From a virus (lineage: Duplodnaviria > Caudoviricetes): 29,719 bases of DNA. Numbering within the stretch: the stretch's first letter is position 1; each line of letters begins with the position of its first letter. Below, in pieces: positions 1-8,177 of the stretch. The notes under the pieces are model-generated. The model was given only the letters and a program-made list of their open reading frames with translations, was not told where the DNA came from and searched no databases. The stretch is from the IMG/VR virus record IMGVR_UViG_3300030330_001710, positions 1 through 29,719 of that record. One strand, given 5' to 3'. Position numbers and translations under genes: made by a program.

Positions 1-2
1 AG

Positions 3-3000
3 CCCCTCGACGGCGTGTGGATTGGTGTATGACATGTTGGCCCAAACAGTGTCGCCATCGCGAAGCCCACCGGGTGCATAGGGACTGAGCCATGTCGCGT
101 TCAAGCAAGCCTCGCGGTCGTCATAGTCACCGATGAACACGCCGAGGGATGTGTCGCTCCTCGGTGATGTCGTCGTTATGTTGGCTGTGAAGTATATCTT
201 CCCATTGTCGTAGTCGATGTAGTCGATTGTACCGAGCGGGGTGTATCGGTCATTGCTGCCTGTGTTTATCTTTGAGATGAGTTTGTCGCCCTTCCTGAGA
301 TTGAAGCCGAACAGGTCTGACAGGTTCTTCTCATCGAACTCGGTGCCACTGACCGTCACGAAGTTGGTGGTGCCGCTTGCCTTTGCCACGGCGATGGTGA
401 CGAACTTGTACGTGGCCTTGATTTCCTTCTCAAGAGCAGAGTGGCTACTCGTTCCTGCCAAGGTGTAGAAGTTCCTAGTCGTAAAGAAGTCGTCGTTGTT
501 GACTATGCTCCTGCTCTTGTCAACGAGAAGCAGTTCCTCACCTGCGAAACTCGCTATGGTGCTATTGCTCAATTGACCGTTGAGAGTACCAGATGACCAT
601 CCGAGTACCACTGTGTTCTTCGCTAAGTCTATCGTGGCATATGAGTTGCTTTGGTCGCGAACCTGCTCCAAGAAGCCGTAGTAGTGGAAGTCATAGGTGG
701 TCGTACCAACCTCGATACGAGCGCGATAGAACGTGCTACCTACTACATCCTGAATACCATCAAGAGTACGAACGCCGAGGTCAGGAAACCGATGAACATC
801 ATCCTCAGAAAGTGTGACAAGAACGAAAGGATGGTCGTTGCCACCAACATGTGAAACACTTGAGATGGTCCCCCTCGCTCGTCCACTCTCTATCCTCTCC
901 GCATGCGGGTTGCTCTCGGGTCCGGCCTTGAACTCTACGGCGCTAACGTACTGACGAAGCCCATAATCCACGTTGCCTCCCTGAGTCAGCGTGCTCGACT
1001 GGTCGTAGTAGTACTCGGAGCGGTCCTCAAAGTCGGAGGAGGGTGTGTATGAGTCGGAGGCTATCGGTTGTATGAAGCGAGTCGCAGCGGGTCCACCGGG
1101 GAACAGGGTCGCTCCCTTCTCAGCGCTGTCGAAGAAGTCGTCCGAGGTGGCGTGGGGCGCCGTCGAGATGGTGAGCGTGTTATTGGTAGCGGATACACCA
1201 GTGTAGATGGCCCACTCGCCGTCTGACGTGAAGACGAGTCTCGGTCGTGTGAGTGTGACGTCGATGTTCTGGTACTTGCCGTCGAAGTCGTCTGGGAAGA
1301 TGGACGCGTTCTGCACGACGAGGGTGGGGGAGGAGTACGAGATGAACTTCGTAGTGGGGACATGCTGGTCATTGGCTAGTGCTATCGAGTATGCCGAGAG
1401 CGCCTCGCGGTCTGCTGGTGCCACGCCCATCGGTCTGCGGCCCACCGGCTTCGGGTTCCATGTGTGAGCGGTGTGCGTTGCATCGAGATGGACCTTGAAG
1501 GCGCTGTCAGGCCCAACGAGGTCGCTGAAGAACTGGTTCGCGAAGAATGGAATCTCAACGAGCGCACGTGTGCTGGCATACTGGGTACCAAGTTGGTAGT
1601 CATGCTGGACATCGCTCATCGCTTGGAACATGCGGTCGTTAACGGTCGTGCCGTCGCCTATCTCGGACTCCGCACCGAAGTCAGGCTCGCTGAACACAGT
1701 GGCGGCGCAACTATCATCGCCATCGTTCAACACACCAATGGACCTCATCAACGATTGGACCGTCGTGAACTCGGAGCCTGAGCCATTTACGAAGTCACCA
1801 CTTCCCAGTGTGGCAGTTGAGAACGTGAACGAGGTTCCGTTCTTTGAGTCGTACTTGGCACTGCTTCCATCCGTGAAGTGGACCCTGCCTATCTTCGGGA
1901 ATCCGTAGGTGCCCCAACTCTTTGAGTCGGCTGCATCGTTGTTGATAGGCATGACCGAGAGCACGTTCGATGAGAGTCCCGTCGCTGTGACGGCATACGC
2001 CCTTCTCGTTGAGTAAGGCTCATGCGAGAACGGACTCGGTGAGAAGGTGGGCTTGGTGTCAATCGCTCCTTGACCCGGCCCGCCCAATGTGACTGAGACG
2101 ACGGGTGCGTTAGGCTCTAACTCCTTGACGATGTGGGAGTCAGGACTGGCTGAACTCTCAAATGACACGTTCCTGCTGGCGAGTGAACTCTGTAGCCCGA
2201 GACACTGTATGGTCGTGTACGACGCACCCTCCTCATTGCTCGTTTCCGATATCGAGCGAACTCGCGTACGTGATACGAGGTAGTGTATCGATGCCCCGTT
2301 CTTCACCTCCTTGCTGTCCTCACCCGTCTTTATGTGAGCGAGTTGATTCGTTCTAGTTCGCAACGACGGTTGTATGACTATCTTTAGATTAGCACCGGTT
2401 TGGCTCGTCTCTATGTTGTCTATGATGTCGAACGACTCAAAGATTGGAGAGGCTGATGCAGTGACGGCCAAGTCGGGCTCGTTCGCCTGTGTGCCGCTCG
2501 TGACTATCTCCCGTCTCTTGTAGTCAAGCACATCGGTGAGTTGCTTCTTGGTCTGGACAGGTTCGATGAACAACTGGTGGAATGAGGAGTCATGCTGCGT
2601 CGTCTTGCTCGTTGACTCTATCACGACGTTCGGTGGTGAGTTGATGATGTCGTCACCATCGTATGGCGTGAGGTTCACAGGCGTCTGTGACTCGTCAAGC
2701 GTCAGGTCCGCGTCGTATCCCTCGCTTGAGTCGTTCGCAAACCTGTGGTTGGTGAATATGTCCTCAAAGGTCGGTGACTCGTCCGTGTCAACGAATATGA
2801 CACCACCGGGAGCATAGAGAGTGGCACCGCTTGATACGGCTGTGTTAATCTCCGCGTACACGGTGGTGTCTGTTCCAGCACTGGAGTCACCTATCTCTGT
2901 CTTACCTGCGGGTACGGTCTTCTCGACCATGAGGAGTGCTTGGGTTGTGCCGCTCATGCTCGCACCAGTGAGGTCTATGGCGTTGTAGTGTATCTCGACG

Positions 3001-4853
3001 TATGGTGCCATGCTGTGGACTGAGGCTAGTCTCGGCACATGCAGCAACGCGACTCTACTCTCCCTGCTCGGTCTCAAGTGGTGCGTCCTCGTCTCGTCGT
3101 TTATCGTCGCTCCGAAGGGAACGATGGGTGCCTTGAGCAAGAAAGGCTCGTAGTCGAAGTTCGGCCCTCCTATGGCTATGACCTCTCTCTTTGAGGTGGA
3201 GAGGCTGCCGCTGTTGTGATGAGTGTTGAAGATGACAGTGCCGGTCGAGGTGTTCTTGATGTCCTTGATGTTGAACGTGCCAATCTCGCGATAGACGTCT
3301 GCCCTGCTGTTGATTGATATCTGGTCCTTCAGTCCGTTGTGGGTCTCGTCGTAGATTATGTCGCATATATCGGCGTTGCCGTCCGCTTGCAAATCGAGAA
3401 TCTCCTCATTTGCACGAGGGAGGCGACGTAGGTATGCATGACCATCGACGTGGTTGAGGATGTGACGACCTGAGTGGCCTACGCTGTACTCCGTCGATAG
3501 GGTCTCAGGCCACGTGACCTTGTACGGGTTGTTGGTATCTGTGGTGCTCAATGCCATGCGGGACGAGTAGACGAAGCCATGCTGCTCGTACCCGCTCTCG
3601 TCTATGACCATCTGACCTGTCCTGTCAATGGCCTTCGATGAGTAGTGTGGGGCTTGGTATGGCTTGCCTGTCGCGGTGTCAACGAGGAGGTCAGCACCTA
3701 CGACGACGAACTCGACACCAGAGGCATGTGCATGTAGAAGACCACGAGTTCCGTCATTGGCCGTATCGAAATCGAGGTGTATGCTCTGTATTGTTAGTGT
3801 ACCATCGGTACTTATACTTTTTAGGCGCACTCTTTCAGGCGGTAATCCACTTGCGCTTTTCTTTTCTTTATCGAAGGCACCCGGTCTGAGAAGCAGGTTG
3901 TAGGGGACGTGAGCCACGTCATGCAGGGTGGTGCCGCTCGATGTGCTCTGTATGACCTTGTAGTTGCCACTCGTGTAAGGCGATGAGGTGAAGTCAATCG
4001 TCCCGGTCGTGACGCTCTTCCCAGTGAGTTTGGTGGCAAGTGCCTTGGCATTTGCTGCGCTTATCGAGATTGTAGTCGCATTGGCGCTGGCTCCAGATGA
4101 CAGCGAGTAAGTATCCTCTATTGGTGCTATGGGCTCCTCAAAGCGATACAGCAGCAGCGTGTCGTCGCTTCTCAACGGAGCGGTCCTATCGAGAAACGAC
4201 GTGTTGAAGTTGGCTGATATCTGAAAGGCCTCAAGCACTCCCCTGAACTGACCACCCTTGCCACCGATGTACAGGCTCCTCTCAGAGTGATTGATTGAGA
4301 GGGCGTCGTTCCTGAGTTCCTTCTCAGCCATGAGGACCTTGTTGACGTAGATTTGCAGTTTTCCTCTGTGGAAGGTGCCTATCACATGTAGCAGTGGCCT
4401 ATGATTTCGGTTGAGTGTGGTGGTATTCGTGTCGTGTATGCCATTGAGCGTGGAGAGCGGGTATGTGGTGCCGATGAATCGAGTGCCGTTGAAGTGGGCT
4501 GTGCTTATGCTGTGCCGTTCTGTGTCACTGCCCTTCTGCAACGTCACGGTGAAGGTTATCGGTGCGGGCTCGTGGACAGAACCGACCTCCAACTTGAATT
4601 GGTTCTCCCTCTCAGCGACGATGCCCCCGAAGTCAGGCATGACCCATGCCTCGACGCATATGTTGCTGTTGTACCTACCAGAGTCAATCGAGAACGTCGT
4701 GTCCTTTGTAGAGCCTCCTAGGAAGTCACGAGCATCGTGTTGCGAGTTGAGGTTCTTCCTGCCTATGTCGGAGAATGGGCCGGAGGGTACGACTATGCTG
4801 TCACTGACGCCATCGAAGAAGAAAGCCTTGTTCGTCCTCGCTATGACCGTCAT
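3..4853 (-). CDS. Giant tail/baseplate structural protein with N-terminal LamG (concanavalin A-like) domain; partial, >1616 aa, runs off the left edge
   Basis: Missing from the ORF track, which implies no in-frame stop inside the window. ATG at 4853 follows GGTGA plus a 5-nt spacer. Manual translation gives MTVIARTNKAFFFDGVSDSIVVP...ICVEAWVMPDFGG...LLHVIGTFHRGKLQIYVNKVL...LYIGGKGGQFRGVLEAFQI...LLLYRFEEP (LamG-type motifs). Spot checks at 3-95, 603-860 and 3783-3900 are stop-free in the same frame. Lies downstream of the tape measure and Dit-like genes. Confidence 0.85.
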   Translation of the reverse strand, partial: MTVIARTNKAFFFDGVSDSIVVPSGPFSDIGRKNLNSQHDARDFLGGSTKDTTFSIDSGRYNSNICVEAWVMPDFGGIVAERENQFKLEVGSVHEPAPITFTVTLQKGSDTERHSISTAHFNGTRFIGTTYPLSTLNGIHDTNTTTLNRNHRPLLHVIGTFHRGKLQIYVNKVLMAEKELRNDALSINHSERSLYIGGKGGQFRGVLEAFQISANFNTSFLDRTAPLRSDDTLLLYRFEEPIAPIEDTYSLSSGASANATTISISAANAKALATKLTGKSVTTGTIDFTSSPYTSGNYKVIQSTSSGTTLHDVAHVPYNLLLRPGAFDKEKKSASGLPPERVRLKSISTDGTLTIQSIHLDFDTANDGTRGLLHAHASGVEFVVVGADLLVDTATGKPYQAPHYSSKAIDRTGQMVIDESGYEQHGFVYSSRMALSTTDTNNPYKVTWPETLSTEYSVGHSGRHILNHVDGHAYLRRLPRANEEILDLQADGNADICDIIYDETHNGLKDQISINSRADVYREIGTFNIKDIKNTSTGTVIFNTHHNSGSLSTSKREVIAIGGPNFDYEPFLLKAPIVPFGATINDETRTHHLRPSRESRVALLHVPRLASVHSMAPYVEIHYNAIDLTGASMSGTTQALLMVEKTVPAGKTEIGDSSAGTDTTVYAEINTAVSSGATLYAPGGVIFVDTDESPTFEDIFTNHRFANDSSEGYDADLTLDESQTPVNLTPYDGDDIINSPPNVVIESTSKTTQHDSSFHQLFIEPVQTKKQLTDVLDYKRREIVTSGTQANEPDLAVTASASPIFESFDIIDNIETSQTGANLKIVIQPSLRTRTNQLAHIKTGEDSKEVKNGASIHYLVSRTRVRSISETSNEEGASYTTIQCLGLQSSLASRNVSFESSASPDSHIVKELEPNAPVVSVTLGGPGQGAIDTKPTFSPSPFSHEPYSTRRAYAVTATGLSSNVLSVMPINNDAADSKSWGTYGFPKIGRVHFTDGSSAKYDSKNGTSFTFSTATLGSGDFVNGSGSEFTTVQSLMRSIGVLNDGDDSCAATVFSEPDFGAESEIGDGTTVNDRMFQAMSDVQHDYQLGTQYASTRALVEIPFFANQFFSDLVGPDSAFKVHLDATHTAHTWNPKPVGRRPMGVAPADREALSAYSIALANDQHVPTTKFISYSSPTLVVQNASIFPDDFDGKYQNIDVTLTRPRLVFTSDGEWAIYTGVSATNNTLTISTAPHATSDDFFDSAEKGATLFPGGPAATRFIQPIASDSYTPSSDFEDRSEYYYDQSSTLTQGGNVDYGLRQYVSAVEFKAGPESNPHAERIESGRARGTISSVSHVGGNDHPFVLVTLSEDDVHRFPDLGVRTLDGIQDVVGSTFYRARIEVGTTTYDFHYYGFLEQVRDQSNSYATIDLAKNTVVLGWSSGTLNGQLSNSTIASFAGEELLLVDKSRSIVNNDDFFTTRNFYTLAGTSSHSALEKEIKATYKFVTIAVAKASGTTNFVTVSGTEFDEKNLSDLFGFNLRKGDKLISKINTGSNDRYTPLGTIDYIDYDNGKIYFTANITTTSPRSDTSLGVFIGDYDDREACLNATWLSPYAPGGLRDGDTVWANMSYTNPHAVEG

Positions 4854-4858
4854 CGTGC

Positions 4859-6007
4859 TCACCACATAGCATCGGACGGAAGGAATGTCAAGTCGAAGTT
4901 GTAGATGGCCTCACCAGCGTCATACGCTATCTCAAGTTGCTTGAGACCACCTGATATGCCTGTGAAGTTGTCTCTCTCGTTGAACACCGTACCAGCCGCG
5001 AGAGCGTTCTCCGCTGTCTTCTCACTCTTGTCAAAGAACAGTCCTGTGGGCATGAAGAAGTTCACAGGCGTGTACTTGTCACCAGTGCCAGCGTTAGCCA
5101 TGGAGTTGAACGGTATCTGTATCCCGACGATGTAGTCGCTGCCCTTGCCGAAGATGAAGGTGTCAGTGCCTACCTCTGAGTACGGTTGTCCTCTCCTGAA
5201 CACGTTGCCGAACGAGTTAGCGACTTGTCTCAACGTCTTCCTGCTGCTGTTGTTGGCGATGCTGTACAACTCCTGCGCCTTGTCGCCAGCGGACAACTGC
5301 TTCTTGTTCTGACCACCGCTAAACGTCTCTACAGAAGGAAAGAGATTTCCTACTCTATCAGTAGCAGGTTTAATCTTGGGAAGGTCGTCGTTGTTTCCAG
5401 TTGTAGCAAAGGAGCCTATGACCTTCTGTTGAATGAGGAGCCCTCCGTTAGTGACTATTTCCCCACTGCCATTCTCCGTGTCCTTCAACGTGGCAGTGAA
5501 GAAAGTGGAGAGGTCGGTGTCGATGGCCGTCTTGACGGCAGATGCCACACTGGAAGCACTGGTGGTGTTTTCACCTATTATCACAGTGTCGGTCGATGTG
5601 TTGTAGGATGCTCCTGTCGTGCTTGCTGCTACCTGCAACTTGATGAGACGCGTGTCACCGTTGGAGTCAACCAACTTGAGGTTCGCATCGCCTGATGTCG
5701 TTGATAGGATTCTATTGAGGTTGGTTGAATTTAGGAAATGAGTAGTGGCAGCACTGGTTTTTGCGAAGTTTATGAGTGCCGAGGCGCCCACGGCTGCGAC
5801 CTCGGTCTCATCATCGATGAAGATGCCCTGCATGATGATGGCCGCCCTGTTGACGTTGAGGTCCAACGACGCCCTATTGCTCCCTGAGAAGGGGAAGGCC
5901 TTGGGGCCGAACTTGCGCTCGGTTGACATGACGATGTTGAATGCAAGCAACTCGATGAGACCGCCGTCTTCACGGATGAGTCGAATCGGTGTGCCCGCCC
6001 TCGCCAT
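4859..6007 (-). CDS. Distal tail/baseplate hub (Dit-like) protein with an inserted Ser/Thr/Ala-rich domain
   Basis: 382-aa ORF directly after the tape measure gene (TGATG overlap). Beta-rich N- and C-terminal halves (DLNVNRAAIIMQGIF; GISGGLKQLEIAYDAGEAIYNFDLTFLP) flank an insert ending in FSGG. Function inferred from position. Confidence 0.55.
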   Translation of the reverse strand: MARAGTPIRLIREDGGLIELLAFNIVMSTERKFGPKAFPFSGSNRASLDLNVNRAAIIMQGIFIDDETEVAAVGASALINFAKTSAATTHFLNSTNLNRILSTTSGDANLKLVDSNGDTRLIKLQVAASTTGASYNTSTDTVIIGENTTSASSVASAVKTAIDTDLSTFFTATLKDTENGSGEIVTNGGLLIQQKVIGSFATTGNNDDLPKIKPATDRVGNLFPSVETFSGGQNKKQLSAGDKAQELYSIANNSSRKTLRQVANSFGNVFRRGQPYSEVGTDTFIFGKGSDYIVGIQIPFNSMANAGTGDKYTPVNFFMPTGLFFDKSEKTAENALAAGTVFNERDNFTGISGGLKQLEIAYDAGEAIYNFDLTFLPSDAMW

Positions 6008-6918
6008 CAGCCATACCTACCTGATTGTGTCGAGCCGGTGATTGCCCTCGCCGTCTCCTGTTGAATGATTTCCGCTATCTCACGAGCAAGCGCACGCTTG
6101 TCGGTTCGGTCGGTTATACCGCCCAGTTCAAAGGTCATGTTGAATGTCATGTTTGCACCGCCACCGCCACCGCCGCCAGTGGTGTCAGGACTACCACCGC
6201 CACCGCCGCCAGTGACGACATTCTTGACTGCGCCACCTGCACTTACTAGACCGTCCTTGACGAAGTTGAATCCCTTCCCTATGATGTCACCAATCTTTCC
6301 TAGAATCTTTCCGAGTCCTTCTATTATACCACCCATTACGTCGCCTAAAAAATCAAGGACAGGTCCAAGGGTATTGTCATACACGGCTTTCATACCGTTC
6401 ATGACAGTATCCCATGCTCTGCCTAGAGCGGCAAACGGGTCGATGTTGGCTATTCTCTCCCAAAGTGGTGATATGGTGTTGTTCCATGCGTCTCTCATCA
6501 TGTTGATTGTTGTGGACCAGAGATTTCCCATCGCCTCAAACGGGTTGAAGTTCGTGATTGACTCCCATATTGGTGTTATCGTACTGTCCCAAACGCTCTT
6601 CATCGTTGATACGAGAGTGTTCCATAGACCTAGGAGTCCCTCTATGACAGTCGTTAGAACTGTCTTGATGGTGTTGAACGAATTCACTGCAAAGTCGATG
6701 AAGGGTTGGAAGATGGGCATGACCTTCTCCATGAAGAAGTCCTTGATGAAGACGAACGCCTCCATTGCCTTGTCCATGGCGAAGCGGAAGGCCCTGCCGA
6801 AAGCATCTGCTATCTTCGACACTGTTTGGGACATCAACTCAACCGCAGTGACGCCGCTCTGAGCGAGGGTGTTTGTACGCGACAGGGCTAGTCCGAGTGC
6901 CACGAGTGGTGCTGCCAT
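6007..6918 (-). CDS. Tape measure protein (short, 303 aa)
   Basis: Amphipathic helical sequence with periodic Trp/Phe (35-aa repeats), a Gly-rich linker and a C-terminal NMTFNMTF...ALAREIAEIIQ segment. Sits immediately after the frameshifted chaperone pair. Confidence 0.8.
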   Translation of the reverse strand: MAAPLVALGLALSRTNTLAQSGVTAVELMSQTVSKIADAFGRAFRFAMDKAMEAFVFIKDFFMEKVMPIFQPFIDFAVNSFNTIKTVLTTVIEGLLGLWNTLVSTMKSVWDSTITPIWESITNFNPFEAMGNLWSTTINMMRDAWNNTISPLWERIANIDPFAALGRAWDTVMNGMKAVYDNTLGPVLDFLGDVMGGIIEGLGKILGKIGDIIGKGFNFVKDGLVSAGGAVKNVVTGGGGGGSPDTTGGGGGGGANMTFNMTFELGGITDRTDKRALAREIAEIIQQETARAITGSTQSGRYG

Positions 6919-7211
6919 CAGAAGTCCTCCATGTCTAGGAAGCCGTAGTCGAGTGTAATGGTTTCGTTGCCCGTCTGCGATTGCATGTTCGCTCTCGCTG
7001 CCTCCTTATTCTCGTTGTCCTGCATAGCCAACGCCCATGACAGCGACTGGCGGAACATATTGATTGGCATATCATAGACCTCCTGCGGTGATATCCCGTA
7101 GTGTTTTGCCACGAAGTAGGCGAACAACTGATTCTGAAGGATGAAGTCTTCTTGACTCTTGATGTCCTTGCGCTTCAGAAAATCCTGAATCCTCAGTTGT
7201 TCGCGTTCGTA
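6918..7211 (-). CDS. C-terminal (-1 frame) extension of the tail assembly chaperone (lambda gpT-like)
   Basis: The listed 69-aa ORF (6918..7127) has no evident RBS. Its frame stays open upstream to the slippery site and reads YEREQLRIQDFLKRKDIKSQEDFILQNQLFAYFVAKHYGISPQEVYDMP... Confidence 0.8.
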   Translation of the reverse strand, partial: YEREQLRIQDFLKRKDIKSQEDFILQNQLFAYFVAKHYGISPQEVYDMPINMFRQSLSWALAMQDNENKEAARANMQSQTGNETITLDYGFLDMEDF

Positions 7212-7561
7212 AAACCCCCTTGCATCATCTCCGCGAGTTGGTCGGGCTTGGGTAGGATGTTGGCGAGTTGCTCACCTGCGTATGCGTTGAGTTCAAGCAT
7301 CTCGTCAGGTGTGAGTGATGGGTTGCTTCTGACAACCCAGTTTGAGAAGGCGTATCTCCAATACCCCTCCAGATTCAACGATGCGTTGCCGTCGTCCTGT
7401 ATGATAAACATGGATTGAGCGGCGTTCTGCACATCGAAGAAGTTGATGTCACGTATCCACACCTCCATGACAATATCATGATTATCACGGTCTACGCGAA
7501 TCTCGTGCCTTCGTTCATTCCTCTTCGTTAGTATATTCTCCTTGTTCGCTATCTGCGTCAT
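7193..7561 (-). CDS. Tail assembly chaperone (lambda gpG-like)
   Basis: ~122-aa ORF between the tail tube and tape measure genes. ATG at 7561 follows AGGTGA (track start 7570 is an alternative). Ends with GGG GGT TTT slippery codons. Confidence 0.8.
   Translation of the reverse strand: MTQIANKENILTKRNERRHEIRVDRDNHDIVMEVWIRDINFFDVQNAAQSMFIIQDDGNASLNLEGYWRYAFSNWVVRSNPSLTPDEMLELNAYAGEQLANILPKPDQLAEMMQGGFTNANN
7211..7217 (-). promoter_or_regulatory. Programmed -1 ribosomal frameshift slippery heptamer G GGT TTT
   Basis: X XXY YYZ heptamer in the correct phase, five codons before the chaperone stop. A -1 shift joins the downstream ORF ending at 6918. Confidence 0.85.
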
Positions 7562-8168
7562 TTTCATCACCTATGGTTGCAGCCTCTTCCGAGGGGGCAT
7601 CCAGTTCGACATCGGCAGCCTCTTCCGAGGGGGCCTCAGTCTCGCTTTCTGCGGTGTCTTCTTCCACTATGCCTTCGTCATCGCGTTTCAAACGTAGCAC
7701 GACTTGTGCTTTTGTCCCGCGTATGGTAAGGCCACGCTCCTTGCAAATTGCTTGCAGTTCACGTACCGTCATGGAAGAGTATTCTATTACATTTGCCACG
7801 AATGGCTGTTCGATTGAAATTTGTGGTTCAGGCTCTGGTTCAGGCTCTGGTTCAGGCTCAGGTTCAGGCTCTGGTTCAGGCTCAGGTTCAGGCTCAGGTT
7901 CAGGCTCTGGTTCAGGCTCAGGTTCGGATGGTACTATCTCATGTGGATGGTTGTGTGCTGAGTCAGCGTAGTCTATGTGCACCGATTCTTGTGGAGGTAT
8001 ATATCGAGGGTCCTCAGCGTGGGACTCTATGATTCTCTCTATGTCCCTCCTCCTCATCTCGCTCTCAGGCTCAGGGAGGTCGATGCCTAGTTTATCGCAC
8101 AGCCAGTTGAAGTATCTCTTGGCACCGAGTTTTCGGTACTTTGCCTTCTTCTGTGTCTTCGTGACCAT
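7515..8168 (-). CDS. Acidic protein with (Glu-Pro)n linker and SAP/HeH-like DNA-binding motif
   Basis: 217 aa. Basic N-terminus, ~17 EP repeats, YSSMTVRELQAICKERGLTIRGTKAQVVLRL (SAP-type consensus) and an acidic tail. Confidence 0.75.
   Translation of the reverse strand: MVTKTQKKAKYRKLGAKRYFNWLCDKLGIDLPEPESEMRRRDIERIIESHAEDPRYIPPQESVHIDYADSAHNHPHEIVPSEPEPEPEPEPEPEPEPEPEPEPEPEPEPEPEPEPQISIEQPFVANVIEYSSMTVRELQAICKERGLTIRGTKAQVVLRLKRDDEGIVEEDTAESETEAPSEEAADVELDAPSEEAATIGDENDADSEQGEYTNEEE
7579..7634. repeat. 20-bp direct repeat (gcagcctcttccgagggggc) x2, period 36 bp, encoding APSEEAA twice
   Basis: Copies at 7579-7598 and 7615-7634. Confidence 0.9.
7824..7925. repeat. Coding microsatellite, ~17 x 6 bp (EP dipeptide), with a 12-bp higher-order period
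   Basis: Alternating ggttca / ggctc(t/a) units on the plus strand. Confidence 0.95.
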
Positions 8169-8177
8169 TAACTCGCC

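Noticed and set aside
1061-4051. Short minus-strand ORFs (1061..1372, 1382..1612, 2702..2890, 3055..3366, 3821..4051)
   Set aside because: They are out-of-frame overlaps inside the giant tail gene, with Arg/Ser/Thr-rich off-frame composition.
7573-8032. (GS)n and (VQAQ)n ORFs on the plus strand
   Set aside because: These are antisense readings of the EP microsatellite.
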